DNA from: a virus
Lineage: Duplodnaviria; Heunggongvirae; Uroviricota; Caudoviricetes
DNA: 64,000 nt
IMG/VR virus record: IMGVR_UViG_3300043119_000318
Reading direction: 5' to 3' (one strand)
Positions 52,987-63,851 of this stretch are shown here, piece by piece. Under the pieces are notes generated by a model. That model saw only the letters and a program-made list of their open reading frames with translations, was not told the DNA's origin and searched no databases. Within the stretch, counting starts at the first letter, position 1; each line of letters opens with the position of its first letter. A program made the position numbers and the translations under genes.

Positions 52987-55900
52987 TTAGCGGCTGAAAG
53001 TTACGCCAGTTTTAGTGGCAATGAAGTTCAGAGTGATGTAGTTGATAGAACGAGCAGGCTTGATATAGATATCAGCAATGAATTCGTTCGCATCAATAAC
53101 TTCTGCTGTGTTGTTCGAAGTATCGCACAGCACCTTGAAGTCAGTAATACCACGACGACCCTGAACATCACGTAGGTAAGGTTCAACGATATTTCTGAAC
53201 TGAGCTCTGGTGAATTCATCGTTGTATTCAAACAACTGATATTTAGCTGCTTTCGCAATAGTCTTCTCAAGAACGATAAACAGACGGCGAACATTGATGC
53301 GATCAAAAGCAGATGGCTTAGTTTGCATAGTTTTGTCACCGAACAGAATAGTACCATCACCAGGGAATGTCGTCACTGGGTTAATACCAGCTTGGTAAAG
53401 AACGTCGCGTTGTGCTTGGTTTGGATTGAATGCCAACTTAGTCACATTCTTAATCTTACCGCGGTTAAATCCACCTGGAGAGAACCAAGTATCAGTCACG
53501 CTGTCTGTATAGGCACAGACACCAGCAACGTCACCGTTCAATGGAATCCAACGATACATATCGTTGTATTTATCGTATTGATACTTCCAACCAGAATCCA
53601 TAACACCATAAGATCCTGCAACATCACCGACATCAACTGTATTTCTATAGTCTACCATTTGAGTGGCGATATCAGTACCAGAACCGATTAGAAGAGGTGC
53701 AGAAACAAACGCCACGCAATCTTGTCTCTTTGCAGCGATGTTCTCGATGATCCATGCTGCTGTATCGGCAGCCACATTTCCAGTTGGAATCAATGAAATT
53801 TCATACTGTGCAGTATCTTCAAAAGTAGCATACGCGTCCATGATATTTCCTGCAGTCATGCTAGTAGCATCAGCGCCGCCTGCTAAAGAGTGACCTTTAA
53901 CTGGGTTCGAAGCTATAGCAGTGCTGCTAACGCCATCATCAATGTCGCGGAAGTTCACATATTTCGCAGCAACACCCCATTCAGAGCGAGTTGCGTCTGA
54001 AGTGATAGTTTCTGGGTGATCCAACCACCATAACCATGGGCTGCTGTTGATAACATTTTTATAGTAAGAGCTAGTGCCATCAGGATACTTGGCATCCAAT
54101 GCCTTAGAAGCACCTTCCCATTTCTGAATAACAGAATCCTTTGTTCCAGTGATGTCACCAGTGGTGTCTATTAGAATCATGTGAAGTTCATCGTTTAATG
54201 CACCAACGTCTGCAGCGAATTTAGAAGTTCCTGGAGCTTTACTGAACTGATCTCCATATTGCCATTCTTTATCACATCTTGCTTTATTTAATTCAGCAGT
54301 GGCATTAGTAGTTAAGTTAAGAACATCACTCAATTCTACGCCAACCACAGCACCAAGTAGACTAGTGGTCGTAGTACTACCAATTTTATATCCAGCTAGT
54401 AAACTCATAGACAAAGTATCTGCCCCGTTGGCAGTCAATACTGCTGTGGTAGTAGAATTAGTTCTTTTAACGAAGAAAGATTTTTTACTAATTGCATATA
54501 CATTATTTTTTTCATCCCACTCTTTGACAAATCCATCAAAAGTTCCGTATGATGTTGACGCTAAACCAGAACGCTGGAAAGTGATAGCCGCGTCTTGTAA
54601 CTTTACCCCAGCATTCATGATTGCAGTCAATGCTGCGCACTCTTGAGCTAGTGTGATTTTGTAATAAGTAGCTGAAGAAACTGGACTAGTGGTAGAAACA
54701 ACTCCACCAATAATATGAGCATATGGTTTTGAAGTTCTTGATACTCTTACAGTATTACCAGTTTGAGTTCTGATGGTTTTATTTGCGCAAGATTCTGACG
54801 TAACGGTGAACGGCACGTTTGCTGGAGTAGCCCATGGCTGAGCCGGTGCAGTTCCGATTGTTCCTGGTAAAACACGGCGAAGTTTTCTAAGTTCTCTTCT
54901 ATCTTCGTACGTTTCAACATTAGTTCTAGCATAGAACTCACCATCAAGGGTTCTGTCGAATGTAGAAGAGTCGCACATACTAAAACGTAGAGAATTTCCT
55001 AGTTTTCCAGCATATTTGGCAGCAACCATTCCGTATATACCTTGACCGGCTGCCCAGTTATCATCATAATCGTCGTTATTTTTAACCTTAATGCCACTAG
55101 GAGCGACAGTTGCAGATAATACAACACCGCTACCACCACCGCCAGAAAGGCGAAGTGCTGGAGTACCTTCGGGTAAAGTTCCACTTGGCGCAGCATTATA
55201 ACCGCTGCCAATAACTGTCATAGTGATTTTCTTAATAGCAGAAGTTTGTACTGGGATACTAGATGCAGTAAAAGTTCCAGTGGCTCTTGCGCTACCATCT
55301 GCTTGGGTGAATCCTGTGATAGTAGCAGCAGCAGTATATCCTCTACCTGCGTATGTGACTTCAATCGAAGTGATTGCACCAGAAGATACAGTGGCTACTC
55401 TTCCTTGGGCTTCGTCTAGAACGCTAGTTACAACACCAGTCGTTTGGTCTGTTGTGTCAACTGTTTCTTGAGGGTCGCTGAAAATAACGATATCGCCAAC
55501 ACTAAAACCAGTTCCACCATTAGTGATAAGTGCCGAGTTGATAATATTAATTGAACCAGATACTTGTGTGACAAGACCAGCACCAGCTAATACTGCAACT
55601 GCTTCGGCTTGAACGCCGTCGGCTTTATTTGGAGCAGAAATAATTACTGTAGGAACGCTAGTATATCCGCTGCCTGCGTGACCAGTCTGAGAATTTGGAT
55701 TTGCAAATCCAATAGAAGAAATTCCGCCACTAGGATTAGCTACAGCATTTAATAGAGTGACAGAGTCGGCGCGGTTAACGTACAAGCTATTCGAATAATT
55801 TAAGAAATTCGCTGCAGTGAACCAAGACTCATATGTCGTATCATCTGGAGTGCCGAATACGGTTGCCAGTTGAGTCTCATTAGAAATGAGTTGTGGATCC

Positions 55901-56025
55901 ATAACTGGACCCCATGCGAATTTACCGGCGAGCGCACCAGTACTCACAGATACCCTAGGTGTTACTTGGGTGAAGTCTTTTTCTATCACCTTTACGCCAG
56001 GGCTCAATTGTTTATTATCTGCCAT
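52987..56025 (-). CDS. 18: Tail sheath protein (gp18 homologue, extended to 1012 aa).
   Basis: Lies directly between gp17 and gp19. A late promoter sits upstream. The larger size is common in cyanomyoviruses. Confidence 0.75.
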   Translation of the reverse strand: MADNKQLSPGVKVIEKDFTQVTPRVSVSTGALAGKFAWGPVMDPQLISNETQLATVFGTPDDTTYESWFTAANFLNYSNSLYVNRADSVTLLNAVANPSGGISSIGFANPNSQTGHAGSGYTSVPTVIISAPNKADGVQAEAVAVLAGAGLVTQVSGSINIINSALITNGGTGFSVGDIVIFSDPQETVDTTDQTTGVVTSVLDEAQGRVATVSSGAITSIEVTYAGRGYTAAATITGFTQADGSARATGTFTASSIPVQTSAIKKITMTVIGSGYNAAPSGTLPEGTPALRLSGGGGSGVVLSATVAPSGIKVKNNDDYDDNWAAGQGIYGMVAAKYAGKLGNSLRFSMCDSSTFDRTLDGEFYARTNVETYEDRRELRKLRRVLPGTIGTAPAQPWATPANVPFTVTSESCANKTIRTQTGNTVRVSRTSKPYAHIIGGVVSTTSPVSSATYYKITLAQECAALTAIMNAGVKLQDAAITFQRSGLASTSYGTFDGFVKEWDEKNNVYAISKKSFFVKRTNSTTTAVLTANGADTLSMSLLAGYKIGSTTTTSLLGAVVGVELSDVLNLTTNATAELNKARCDKEWQYGDQFSKAPGTSKFAADVGALNDELHMILIDTTGDITGTKDSVIQKWEGASKALDAKYPDGTSSYYKNVINSSPWLWWLDHPETITSDATRSEWGVAAKYVNFRDIDDGVSSTAIASNPVKGHSLAGGADATSMTAGNIMDAYATFEDTAQYEISLIPTGNVAADTAAWIIENIAAKRQDCVAFVSAPLLIGSGTDIATQMVDYRNTVDVGDVAGSYGVMDSGWKYQYDKYNDMYRWIPLNGDVAGVCAYTDSVTDTWFSPGGFNRGKIKNVTKLAFNPNQAQRDVLYQAGINPVTTFPGDGTILFGDKTMQTKPSAFDRINVRRLFIVLEKTIAKAAKYQLFEYNDEFTRAQFRNIVEPYLRDVQGRRGITDFKVLCDTSNNTAEVIDANEFIADIYIKPARSINYITLNFIATKTGVTFSR

Positions 56026-56097
56026 ATCTATCTCCTTACATTGTTTTTTATCATGTGCGTTTTTCAGACGCTAGTGCGGTTATCGCAACCTACAATT

Positions 56098-56105
56098 TAT
56101 TTATA
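56098..56105 (-). promoter_or_regulatory. T4-type late promoter TATAAATA upstream of tail sheath gene gp18.
   Basis: The minus strand reads ATTCAAAATTTTATAAATAAATTGTAGG in the gp17-gp18 intergenic region, with AAGGAGAT before the ATG. Confidence 0.55.
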
Positions 56106-56117
56106 AAATTTTGAATT

Positions 56118-57701
56118 TCAGAAATTGTAGAGGGGTGTTTCTCTGTCATTCCCATCATCATAAAATCCGAAGGGAGTCAATTGTTCTTCAATCGCCTTAA
56201 TCTTCTCTTGATACATAATTTCTCTTAAGTTAACATTATTTAGGTCTTTAAAATAAGCGTTAGATGTTAACCAACTGAACAACACTAAGCACATAACTAA
56301 GTCGTCGTGGTAACCATCGTCCGCTTCATAACTAGCTTTCGTTTCAATGAAGGTAGAGATCTCAGATATAATCTCCGCATCCATGATTAATAACTTATTC
56401 TCTTCAACTAGAGACTTAAAGTTATGACACCCAACTCGCTTGACCTTCTTGTCTGTAACGACTCCATACTGTAGAGTGCTTGCAGCGAATCCACTAGAAA
56501 CTTTTTGCGATCCGCCTGCTCTAGATACGAATAACATATTTTCATACTCTAGCTCTTGATACAGAATATGCGCCACTTGTTCGCTTATGTTAGTTTCTAG
56601 AAGAACGTATGCCTGATTGTATTCCTTGGCTACTTTATATATGACGTTTGGATAAAGAAGTGGACTGATGTTGTTGTTTCTATACTTGCCGACTACCTTA
56701 TATGGAACTGTAGTGATATCAATTAAACAAAATGCTGAATAGTCTCCGCCAACACCTTTAGCTACGTCTGCCACGATCACATAAGTGTGATTTCTGGTAG
56801 GCTTTTCGTATACGTCTAAGCCTTCGTTTTTGTATATAGGGTTGTTGTAAGACAATCGAGCAATAACGTCTGCATTGATAAGAGTGAGTGCAGAACCAAG
56901 GAACTTACATAGCACTTCTTGGTTATACTTAAGATCTCCAAGCTGACGTTTCTGTTCAAGTGCCCACTTTTCGTCACGCCCAGGAATCTTCCAGTATGGG
57001 ATGAACATAGACTTGAAGTCATTGCGACCATTCTCAGCATCGTTCCAGAATTTCCAGAAGTGGTTATAACCAAGTGGTGTAGAAGTAATTAGAATCTTGG
57101 AAGTTGTGCCGGCAGAAATCGTCGGATAAACAGAAGTAAAGAACTGCTCAGCAACGGTGTTTGGAATAATGGCAGCTTCGTCAATATACAATAAGTTAAC
57201 AGACTTTGAACGAATACCAGCAGCGGTAGTTGCAGCAGTAAATACCTTGGATCCGTTTTCTAACTCGACGTCGCCTTTATTCCAAGTCTTAATACCTTGC
57301 TGCATCCATAGTGGAATATTCTCATACATCAACTGATAACGAGATAAAATTTCACGAGAAGTAGATGCCTTGTTCGCCAAGATGGCAACGTTCTTACTTT
57401 CATTGAATATAGTATACCAAAGAATATACGCTGCTGAAGTAGTAGTCTTGCCTTGCTGTCGCCCTTCCATAAGAATAGTCTTACGGTTAGTGTGTATGAA
57501 CTCTACCTTTTCTTTCTGGCAATCGTATAACTTGAATGGCTGCAGACCGTGGTCAATTGTTACAATGTAGCAGTAGTTGTCGATGAAGTATACTGGATCT
57601 TGAGAGCACTTGTAATACTCTTGCGCCATCTCCTCGGTGTACTGTATTTGTACACCGAGAGGCTTTAAATTTGCATTTGCATTATAGCCAGCTTCAGCCA
57701 T
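56118..57701 (-). CDS. 17: Terminase large subunit (gp17 homologue).
   Basis: Walker A GRQQGKTT, an ATPase coupling motif and a C-terminal RNaseH-like nuclease region. Confidence 0.85.
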   Translation of the reverse strand: MAEAGYNANANLKPLGVQIQYTEEMAQEYYKCSQDPVYFIDNYCYIVTIDHGLQPFKLYDCQKEKVEFIHTNRKTILMEGRQQGKTTTSAAYILWYTIFNESKNVAILANKASTSREILSRYQLMYENIPLWMQQGIKTWNKGDVELENGSKVFTAATTAAGIRSKSVNLLYIDEAAIIPNTVAEQFFTSVYPTISAGTTSKILITSTPLGYNHFWKFWNDAENGRNDFKSMFIPYWKIPGRDEKWALEQKRQLGDLKYNQEVLCKFLGSALTLINADVIARLSYNNPIYKNEGLDVYEKPTRNHTYVIVADVAKGVGGDYSAFCLIDITTVPYKVVGKYRNNNISPLLYPNVIYKVAKEYNQAYVLLETNISEQVAHILYQELEYENMLFVSRAGGSQKVSSGFAASTLQYGVVTDKKVKRVGCHNFKSLVEENKLLIMDAEIISEISTFIETKASYEADDGYHDDLVMCLVLFSWLTSNAYFKDLNNVNLREIMYQEKIKAIEEQLTPFGFYDDGNDRETPLYNF

Positions 57702-58453
57702 TAAATGTTATTCGTCCAGTCTTCATTGGTCACGGTAGATGTTGTTGGATTTCCAGTGGCAGTATATGTTTCTACCGGAGAATTCCCAGGAGGTAGCACG
57801 TTATTTAAGTTAACAGTAACGTCTGTAATTATCTTGCTGCCGCTATTGACGTTACCGTATAGATATGTTTTGAGTGTAAATGTTAACGTATGCGTCACGA
57901 ATCTTCTAGTTTGAAAGTCGCCATCATAATCATCTTGCACGCTAATAGAATTCAGAATTACTGGAATGTCCTGGATGATATTCATCTCAGGAACAGTCTT
58001 AATAGAAAGTGTATATTCTGGAGTGAATGTTGGTAGAATCTGCTCAACGATCTGAAGCGCATCTTCCTGAGTCTTAGTTAAAATATACAGAGAGATTTCA
58101 ATGTTATATGGAACTGGACTAAAGACACTACTTGCAGCACCGGTACCATCGCCGCAAAAAATCTTTTGCATACGATTAGTTTTGCGTGTGGAGTCGTATG
58201 TATATCCTGTTATCTCGAAGGACAATCTTGGAAGAGTAGTATAAATGTGATTCTCTAAAGTTGGATCAGAATCTAAACGTACCAACCACTTTTCTTTTGG
58301 TGCATATGCCAGCGGAACCTGTAATCTTTGAATAGTATTTCCAGTTACACTATCTCCCTCTTTACGATCAATATAAATCGAACTAAAGAGAGAGCCAAAG
58401 GCTACAATCGTTTTACGGATTATACCATGGTAGAAAACATTGTTATTTAACAT
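57701..58453 (-). CDS. 15: Tail sheath stabiliser / tail completion protein (gp15 homologue).
   Basis: The N-terminal FYHGIIRKTIVAFGSLFSSIYIDRKEGDSV...RLQVPLAYAPKEKW matches T4 gp15 FRRYATLMGDLFSNIQIKRQLESGDKFIRVPITYASKEHF. ALQIVEQILPTFTP matches MFQIVEQILPYFQP. Confidence 0.7.
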   Translation of the reverse strand: MLNNNVFYHGIIRKTIVAFGSLFSSIYIDRKEGDSVTGNTIQRLQVPLAYAPKEKWLVRLDSDPTLENHIYTTLPRLSFEITGYTYDSTRKTNRMQKIFCGDGTGAASSVFSPVPYNIEISLYILTKTQEDALQIVEQILPTFTPEYTLSIKTVPEMNIIQDIPVILNSISVQDDYDGDFQTRRFVTHTLTFTLKTYLYGNVNSGSKIITDVTVNLNNVLPPGNSPVETYTATGNPTTSTVTNEDWTNNI

Positions 58454-58461
58454 TAGTATCC

Positions 58462-61400
58462 TTAGGCAACTACAGCTTGGCAGTATAGCTCTGCTGTTGT
58501 CGTACCCATATTTACATAATTAAACATACCAGATCTAGTTATGCCAACAGAAGTAGTATTGTCTCCGTTACTCATATTACCGTTTGCGACTCCAGTAGTG
58601 ATTGTTCTAGTAGAAGTTCCACTTACATTCTTAACGATCAATCTAACTTCTCTACCAGCAGACATATTTGTATGAGCGATAGTTATATTGCCAGTAACAG
58701 TAACTAGAACAACATCATCCGCTAAGTGGTCTAAAGTTAACGTTCCGCTAGATAGAGTTCCTGCATCTCTAGTAGATTTAACTGCGGAGAATGTGATGGT
58801 TTTATTCACAGCATCAGTAATCATGCTCATACCCTTACCTTCGATTAACTCGAGAGTATCTTCGGGTAAAGTCATATCAACGTCTGTGTCGTATGTGCCG
58901 TTTCTTTTCTTACATCTGTGTTTCTTAGTTGATTTAGCATTGTCTGTGATACTAATAGTATTACCAACAATGTTTAGAGACATTCTTCCTGATGGAGCAA
59001 ATACCACTGAACTATCTGGAGCAGTGGCAGTATAAGAACCATCCCCCAAAACAGAAATAGTCTTAATAACACTTTGGCTAGAACCGTTGATAGTTACGTT
59101 CTTGCCGCTAGTAGTGATAGATACGTTTGTTCCAGCAACCAGAGTTAAACTATCAGTATTAGTTGTGGCAGAAACCGTAGTTTGCCCAGCAACAACTACG
59201 TTCTTAAAGATGGCTTGAGAAGAACCTTTATCTGTATTAGTAATAGAAACAGAACCAGTTGCAGCAGTATTCGCGCTAAGACCATCGCTAGTAGTTAGTG
59301 CGCTAACGAATGTAGGCTTATTGGTTAAGTCTGTATAAGAACCGCTGAACAACGTAGGTTTGCCAGTCAAGTCAGCGTAAGCGCCAGAGAATAACGTAGG
59401 CTTGTTGGTTAAGTCAGTGTAAGAACCAGTTCCTGCAACAGTTGCCAGTGTAGGTTTACCAGTTAGATCAGCGTAAGCGCCAGAGAATAACGTAGGTTTG
59501 CCAGTTAGATCAGCATAAACACCAGAGAATAGACTAGGTTTACCAGTTAGATCAGCATAAGCTCCAGAAAATATCGTAGGCTTGTTTAGAATCTGAGCTA
59601 AGCCGGTGGTCGCATTCCAATCACTATTAACTTGAGCAGCTGGAATAGTTGGAGTTCCAGAAAGTTTACTGTATGCTAAAGCTGTTATCCAAGATGGATT
59701 AGAATAACTTCCTGTTGTTACAACACCGTTGGTAACTGTTCCAGCATTACCGCTTACATTTCCTGTTACGTTTCCTGTTAATGCTCCAGAAAATGTAGTA
59801 GCAGAAACTGTTCCTACTACAGTGAGACCAGTATCACTAATTGTGGCACGTAGTTTATTTGATGTTGTGCCACCAGTGTGGAAAACGATATTTTTGGTAG
59901 CTGTTTGTGTTCCAATAGATAAGTTTCCACCATTGATGTACAGGTATCCGTCATTAGCTCCCATGATAGAGTAATCAACGTTAGAGAAAGTGCTAGAGTT
60001 AATACCAACATCGATATAATTTGCACTATCATTACCAGTGTCGTTAACAGCTACAAAATCAGCAGAAGCATTCGATCCAGAACTGTGATTTTTTATTACA
60101 TTCTGAGAGTATGAGTTTACATTAGTGTCTGCTTGAATAGTTGCATTTGAAAAATCATAGTCATTATATGCAGTTCCAAAATGTGCCTGACCACTAACAT
60201 TAATATCTGTTGCTGATAATTCTAATGTAACCAAACCGGCGCCATCTGTATTCCAACGATTACCAGTTAAATCGTATAAGAAACTACGACTAAATGTCTG
60301 ACCGATTGGTCCTAATAGAATACCACCTTGATCTATATTAGATGCAGTAGTAGCACCAGAAGCTAGAAGTATAGTCTTTCCTGCGCTAGTAGGAGCAGTT
60401 TCAATATTAAAGTTGGTAGCTGTTAACGTGCCAGTAATAGTTAAATTATTAAATTGAACATTACTTGTAGTTGCAATCCCTTGGGGGAGAGTTAAAGTTA
60501 AGTTCTTACTTCCAGAATCACTAACTGCAATTTGACCAGTTCCTGATGCAGCCACTAATGTTTGAACACCAGTAGCATTAATACCTAAAGTAGAACCAGA
60601 TCGATTCAAAGATATACCGGTACCGGCATTTGCTACAGTGATAACATCTGGTTTGTTGGATAAATCGCTATACGAACCACTCGTAGCTACCGTAGCTAAT
60701 CCTGTAATTTGACTGGAACTAACTGCAGCGGTGCTCGTCCACGCTGTAGTTTGTCTTGTGCTATCGTTGAATGTGATACCACCAGTTGCATTACCAACAA
60801 AACTCAATCCTGTTGAATTGATATCTGCAGTGACAGTTTGAATCACATCACTATTGGTTGGAGTTAATTGGAAACGAACTCGAGTGCCGGCATAGTCATC
60901 TGTAAAGTTCTGAGTAGCCTGAATGTTAATTCGACCAATGCTACTAACGTATCCAGTAGTTCCCCAACCTTGCGTACTGATACGAAATAAAGTTTCATCA
61001 CTCAAAGTTGCTGTTGGTGCACTAACAGTTCCGCCAGCGTGTCTGCCAGCAATAATTGGATATGTTCCAGTGCCAAACGAGTCAATACTAATACGAGTTG
61101 GTAGTCCATCTGCTCCTGTAATTTGTAACATCGTATTACTAAAGTTACGAGCTTGCTGCAGCCCAGTTGTATTTCCAACGATGCTTAATCCAGCTTCTGT
61201 TGTAGAAATATTAGCGGGTGGAATAATTGTAGTCAATCCACCTCTAGTGACCTCGAACGCTTTTCTTCCCGTGGAGCCTCGAACATTGATAGGTCTATTG
61301 AACTTCACAGTTCCTGTTGCTTGCGTTACACCAAATTCAATATCACGTGTTGAGTCGGCAATTTTGATTACATTATCTCGGAATGTGAACTCACCAACAG

Positions 61401-62472
61401 TCAAACCTTTACTGTTTTGGATATATAAATCACCGTCTCTGGCACCGATACCAATATCAGAACCTAACGTCTCATCTTGTACATATAACGTTCCTGGTCC
61501 TAGAAACAATTCTTTCCATCTGCGTGTTGGGCTACCTAAACTGCTAACGTTAGTAGCAATAGGCAAAATATTTGTATTAACGATGACATCGCCAGCACCT
61601 TGACTATCCAAGAAAATGTCAGTGTTTATTGCTGTTGTAATATCAAGCGCAGCTTTCTGAATTGGGCGTAATAGTCTAAATGATGCTTCTGGCAGTGGTT
61701 GAATTTGACCTAACCCAGCTAGATCTAAATTTACGATGATGTAACTTGCATACTGTCCAGTGCCACGACTCACGACTGTGCTTGGGACAATACCAGCACC
61801 AGTTAAAATGTCGTCAATCAGAATCGTTGAAACTGGAATATTACTACTTCCAGGAGTGAGTTGAAACACTGTCCAAGGAGCCACTACACCATTAATATTT
61901 CCATAAGTATCAATAGGTAAAGCATCGCTAGGTCCACTGCTACTATCCACTATACTCACTAAAGTATAGTTTGTGATGAATGCTTCAATTTGTAATTGGG
62001 TTTGTAAAACAGATCCAAAATCGCCGACCGTTAATTTTGGAACATTGACTGCGCCAGTACCGTTAGGATTAATTCTAATATCACCGTTTACAACACTACC
62101 ATTTATGGTTTGGTTGTTAACTGATAAGTTTCCAAGGTTAGCTGCTGATAAAACTCCATCTGAATTGATGGAAAGATTAGAACCGACTTTTACGCCACCA
62201 AGAACAGAAGCTGTAGCTTTTGGTAGAGAGTATGCTGGGTTAGTTAACACCCAAGCTCCAGATATATAAATGTACGTGTTTGAGTTTGTAGTATTATACC
62301 ACAACCAACCTTCAGATGGGGAAGTCGGCGCTGTAGCTCCTGTCGTAGAAGCTGCTGATAATCCTGAGTATAACTCTGTGAAGTTACTGTTGATTTTTAT
62401 AAAAGCATTACGCAGGGCATCGCCTGTTTTATCGTTTGCTATCGTACCAGTAAATACTAATTGTTTTGACAT
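58462..62472 (-). CDS. Giant fibre protein of 1336 aa, with seven or more tandem LFSGAYADLTGKPT repeats and a beta-rich C-terminal region.
   Basis: Composition is Thr/Gly/Ser/Asn-rich. The tandem 14-aa repeats are shared with the 779-aa fibre. It lies between gp14 and gp15. Confidence 0.5.
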   Translation of the reverse strand: MSKQLVFTGTIANDKTGDALRNAFIKINSNFTELYSGLSAASTTGATAPTSPSEGWLWYNTTNSNTYIYISGAWVLTNPAYSLPKATASVLGGVKVGSNLSINSDGVLSAANLGNLSVNNQTINGSVVNGDIRINPNGTGAVNVPKLTVGDFGSVLQTQLQIEAFITNYTLVSIVDSSSGPSDALPIDTYGNINGVVAPWTVFQLTPGSSNIPVSTILIDDILTGAGIVPSTVVSRGTGQYASYIIVNLDLAGLGQIQPLPEASFRLLRPIQKAALDITTAINTDIFLDSQGAGDVIVNTNILPIATNVSSLGSPTRRWKELFLGPGTLYVQDETLGSDIGIGARDGDLYIQNSKGLTVGEFTFRDNVIKIADSTRDIEFGVTQATGTVKFNRPINVRGSTGRKAFEVTRGGLTTIIPPANISTTEAGLSIVGNTTGLQQARNFSNTMLQITGADGLPTRISIDSFGTGTYPIIAGRHAGGTVSAPTATLSDETLFRISTQGWGTTGYVSSIGRINIQATQNFTDDYAGTRVRFQLTPTNSDVIQTVTADINSTGLSFVGNATGGITFNDSTRQTTAWTSTAAVSSSQITGLATVATSGSYSDLSNKPDVITVANAGTGISLNRSGSTLGINATGVQTLVAASGTGQIAVSDSGSKNLTLTLPQGIATTSNVQFNNLTITGTLTATNFNIETAPTSAGKTILLASGATTASNIDQGGILLGPIGQTFSRSFLYDLTGNRWNTDGAGLVTLELSATDINVSGQAHFGTAYNDYDFSNATIQADTNVNSYSQNVIKNHSSGSNASADFVAVNDTGNDSANYIDVGINSSTFSNVDYSIMGANDGYLYINGGNLSIGTQTATKNIVFHTGGTTSNKLRATISDTGLTVVGTVSATTFSGALTGNVTGNVSGNAGTVTNGVVTTGSYSNPSWITALAYSKLSGTPTIPAAQVNSDWNATTGLAQILNKPTIFSGAYADLTGKPSLFSGVYADLTGKPTLFSGAYADLTGKPTLATVAGTGSYTDLTNKPTLFSGAYADLTGKPTLFSGSYTDLTNKPTFVSALTTSDGLSANTAATGSVSITNTDKGSSQAIFKNVVVAGQTTVSATTNTDSLTLVAGTNVSITTSGKNVTINGSSQSVIKTISVLGDGSYTATAPDSSVVFAPSGRMSLNIVGNTISITDNAKSTKKHRCKKRNGTYDTDVDMTLPEDTLELIEGKGMSMITDAVNKTITFSAVKSTRDAGTLSSGTLTLDHLADDVVLVTVTGNITIAHTNMSAGREVRLIVKNVSGTSTRTITTGVANGNMSNGDNTTSVGITRSGMFNYVNMGTTTAELYCQAVVA
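59285..59660 (-). repeat. Tandem 42-nt / 14-aa repeat array (at least seven units), copy B of the shared fibre module.
   Basis: Repeated ggtttgccagt(c/t)a(a/g)(g/a)tcagc(g/a)taagcgccagagaataacgtag units encoding LFSGAYADLTGKP. Confidence 0.6.
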
Positions 62473-62473
62473 T

Positions 62474-63469
62474 TTATTCGTAATCCGCTGAAATTTTATT
62501 GGTGTCTGCTGTTATTGATGTTGTGTCAGCCCGATCAGATGGAATAAATTTATGCGTATGGACAACATCGCCAAATGGGTTGTTCTCATTAAACAATATA
62601 TCAGAAACTTGTTCTTTAAACTTGTTGTTATCACCAAATGAGTCTGGTATATCTATATTTATCTCAATCTCAGCGATGGCTGCTGCACCTGCTCCGTCGC
62701 CGCCAACGAATGTTATTGTCGGCGCAGTTACATATCCAGTGCCAGCGTCTAATATATCAACGCCGATGATCTGACCATCTTGAGCGCCAGTTCCTATAAT
62801 TGCAATCGCTGCAGCGCCAGAACCAGTGGTAGAAGTGAATTCAATGATAGGCTCGTGTGTATAACCAATGCCGTTATTGGTCATAGTTATCTTAACGACA
62901 CCTGCTGTATTATTTCTAGTTGTATCCGTAGAGAAAGTCTTCAGTGTTTCAAACACATCGACGTTTGCAATACCAGTATCAATACGTTCAGAAGCATACT
63001 GGAAGAGTTCAACTTGTAGCTTATAAACATACAGCTTACCTAGTTGATAGAATGGGTCTTGGTGTTGAACGAATTTGATTTCGAACATACCCTTTGTGAG
63101 TGGGAAATAAAGTAAGTCTCCCTCACATGGTCTTGTTGGAATAATTGTATTACCATGAACACCTACTAAAGTGTTCCATGTTCTGCGAGCAACAGTTAGA
63201 GTTGCTGTCTGCTCCATCATTAGTCCGAACTTCTGGATAAATGCGCCTTGACCTTCGAATCCATCTACGTTCTCAAGATACATCTCAATAGGATATGCAT
63301 CTTTGAACCTACTTAGTCTATCCTCTCCAAGGATTTCGTCCTTTGAGACTAGTGTGCGTGGGATGTAGAAGAAATCTTGACCATAGATGCCAAGAGACTC
63401 AACGATAATATCCTCAATGATATTCTGTTCGTTGCCAGTTCCATTTGTGAAGTATGGATTGCGAGCCAT
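62474..63469 (-). CDS. 14: Neck protein (gp14 homologue).
   Basis: FIQKFGLMMEQ and TRPCEGDLLYFPL match T4 gp14 AITKFGLSLEEQ and TRPREGDLIWMSL. Confidence 0.7.
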   Translation of the reverse strand: MARNPYFTNGTGNEQNIIEDIIVESLGIYGQDFFYIPRTLVSKDEILGEDRLSRFKDAYPIEMYLENVDGFEGQGAFIQKFGLMMEQTATLTVARRTWNTLVGVHGNTIIPTRPCEGDLLYFPLTKGMFEIKFVQHQDPFYQLGKLYVYKLQVELFQYASERIDTGIANVDVFETLKTFSTDTTRNNTAGVVKITMTNNGIGYTHEPIIEFTSTTGSGAAAIAIIGTGAQDGQIIGVDILDAGTGYVTAPTITFVGGDGAGAAAIAEIEINIDIPDSFGDNNKFKEQVSDILFNENNPFGDVVHTHKFIPSDRADTTSITADTNKISADYE

Positions 63470-63470
63470 T

Positions 63471-63851
63471 TTAACCTAGGAAAAATTCTAGGGGAGCAGA
63501 TTTGCTCATTAGTTCATTTTCTAAATCATCTATCTCTTTAGTGGCTTCATCATAAAGACCATTACCGTCCAAAGTCACTCCACCGGGAAGCTGTAGACCT
63601 TGGAACTTCTTAATGTTAGTTGCCCACTGTTTCTTTAGCAGTGCTGTCAGATAGTGCTTTAGCCACGCTTCGTTAAATACTTTGCTGTATTCAGCTGGAT
63701 CTAAAGCACGATATGCTTCGACCACTACATATTGCCCCATGGTGACGTTAGTTGCCCAATTGATATCAAGGAACAGCTTACCTTGACGACGATTGAATCT
63801 GAATTGTGTTTGACCATTCAACTCTAAGTCAAGCATAGAGAGATGGCTCAT
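63471..63851 (-). CDS. 13: Neck protein gp13-like, C-terminal portion. The true 5' end may lie upstream of the called Met or outside the window.
   Basis: Coupled to gp14 in a neck-gene position. Only 126 aa are called. Confidence 0.4.
   Translation of the reverse strand: MSHLSMLDLELNGQTQFRFNRRQGKLFLDINWATNVTMGQYVVVEAYRALDPAEYSKVFNEAWLKHYLTALLKKQWATNIKKFQGLQLPGGVTLDGNGLYDEATKEIDDLENELMSKSAPLEFFLG

Noticed and set aside
60923-61603. Plus-strand 226-aa ORF inside the 1336-aa fibre gene.
   Set aside because: It is antisense to a strongly supported structural gene. Pro/Val-rich shadow composition.
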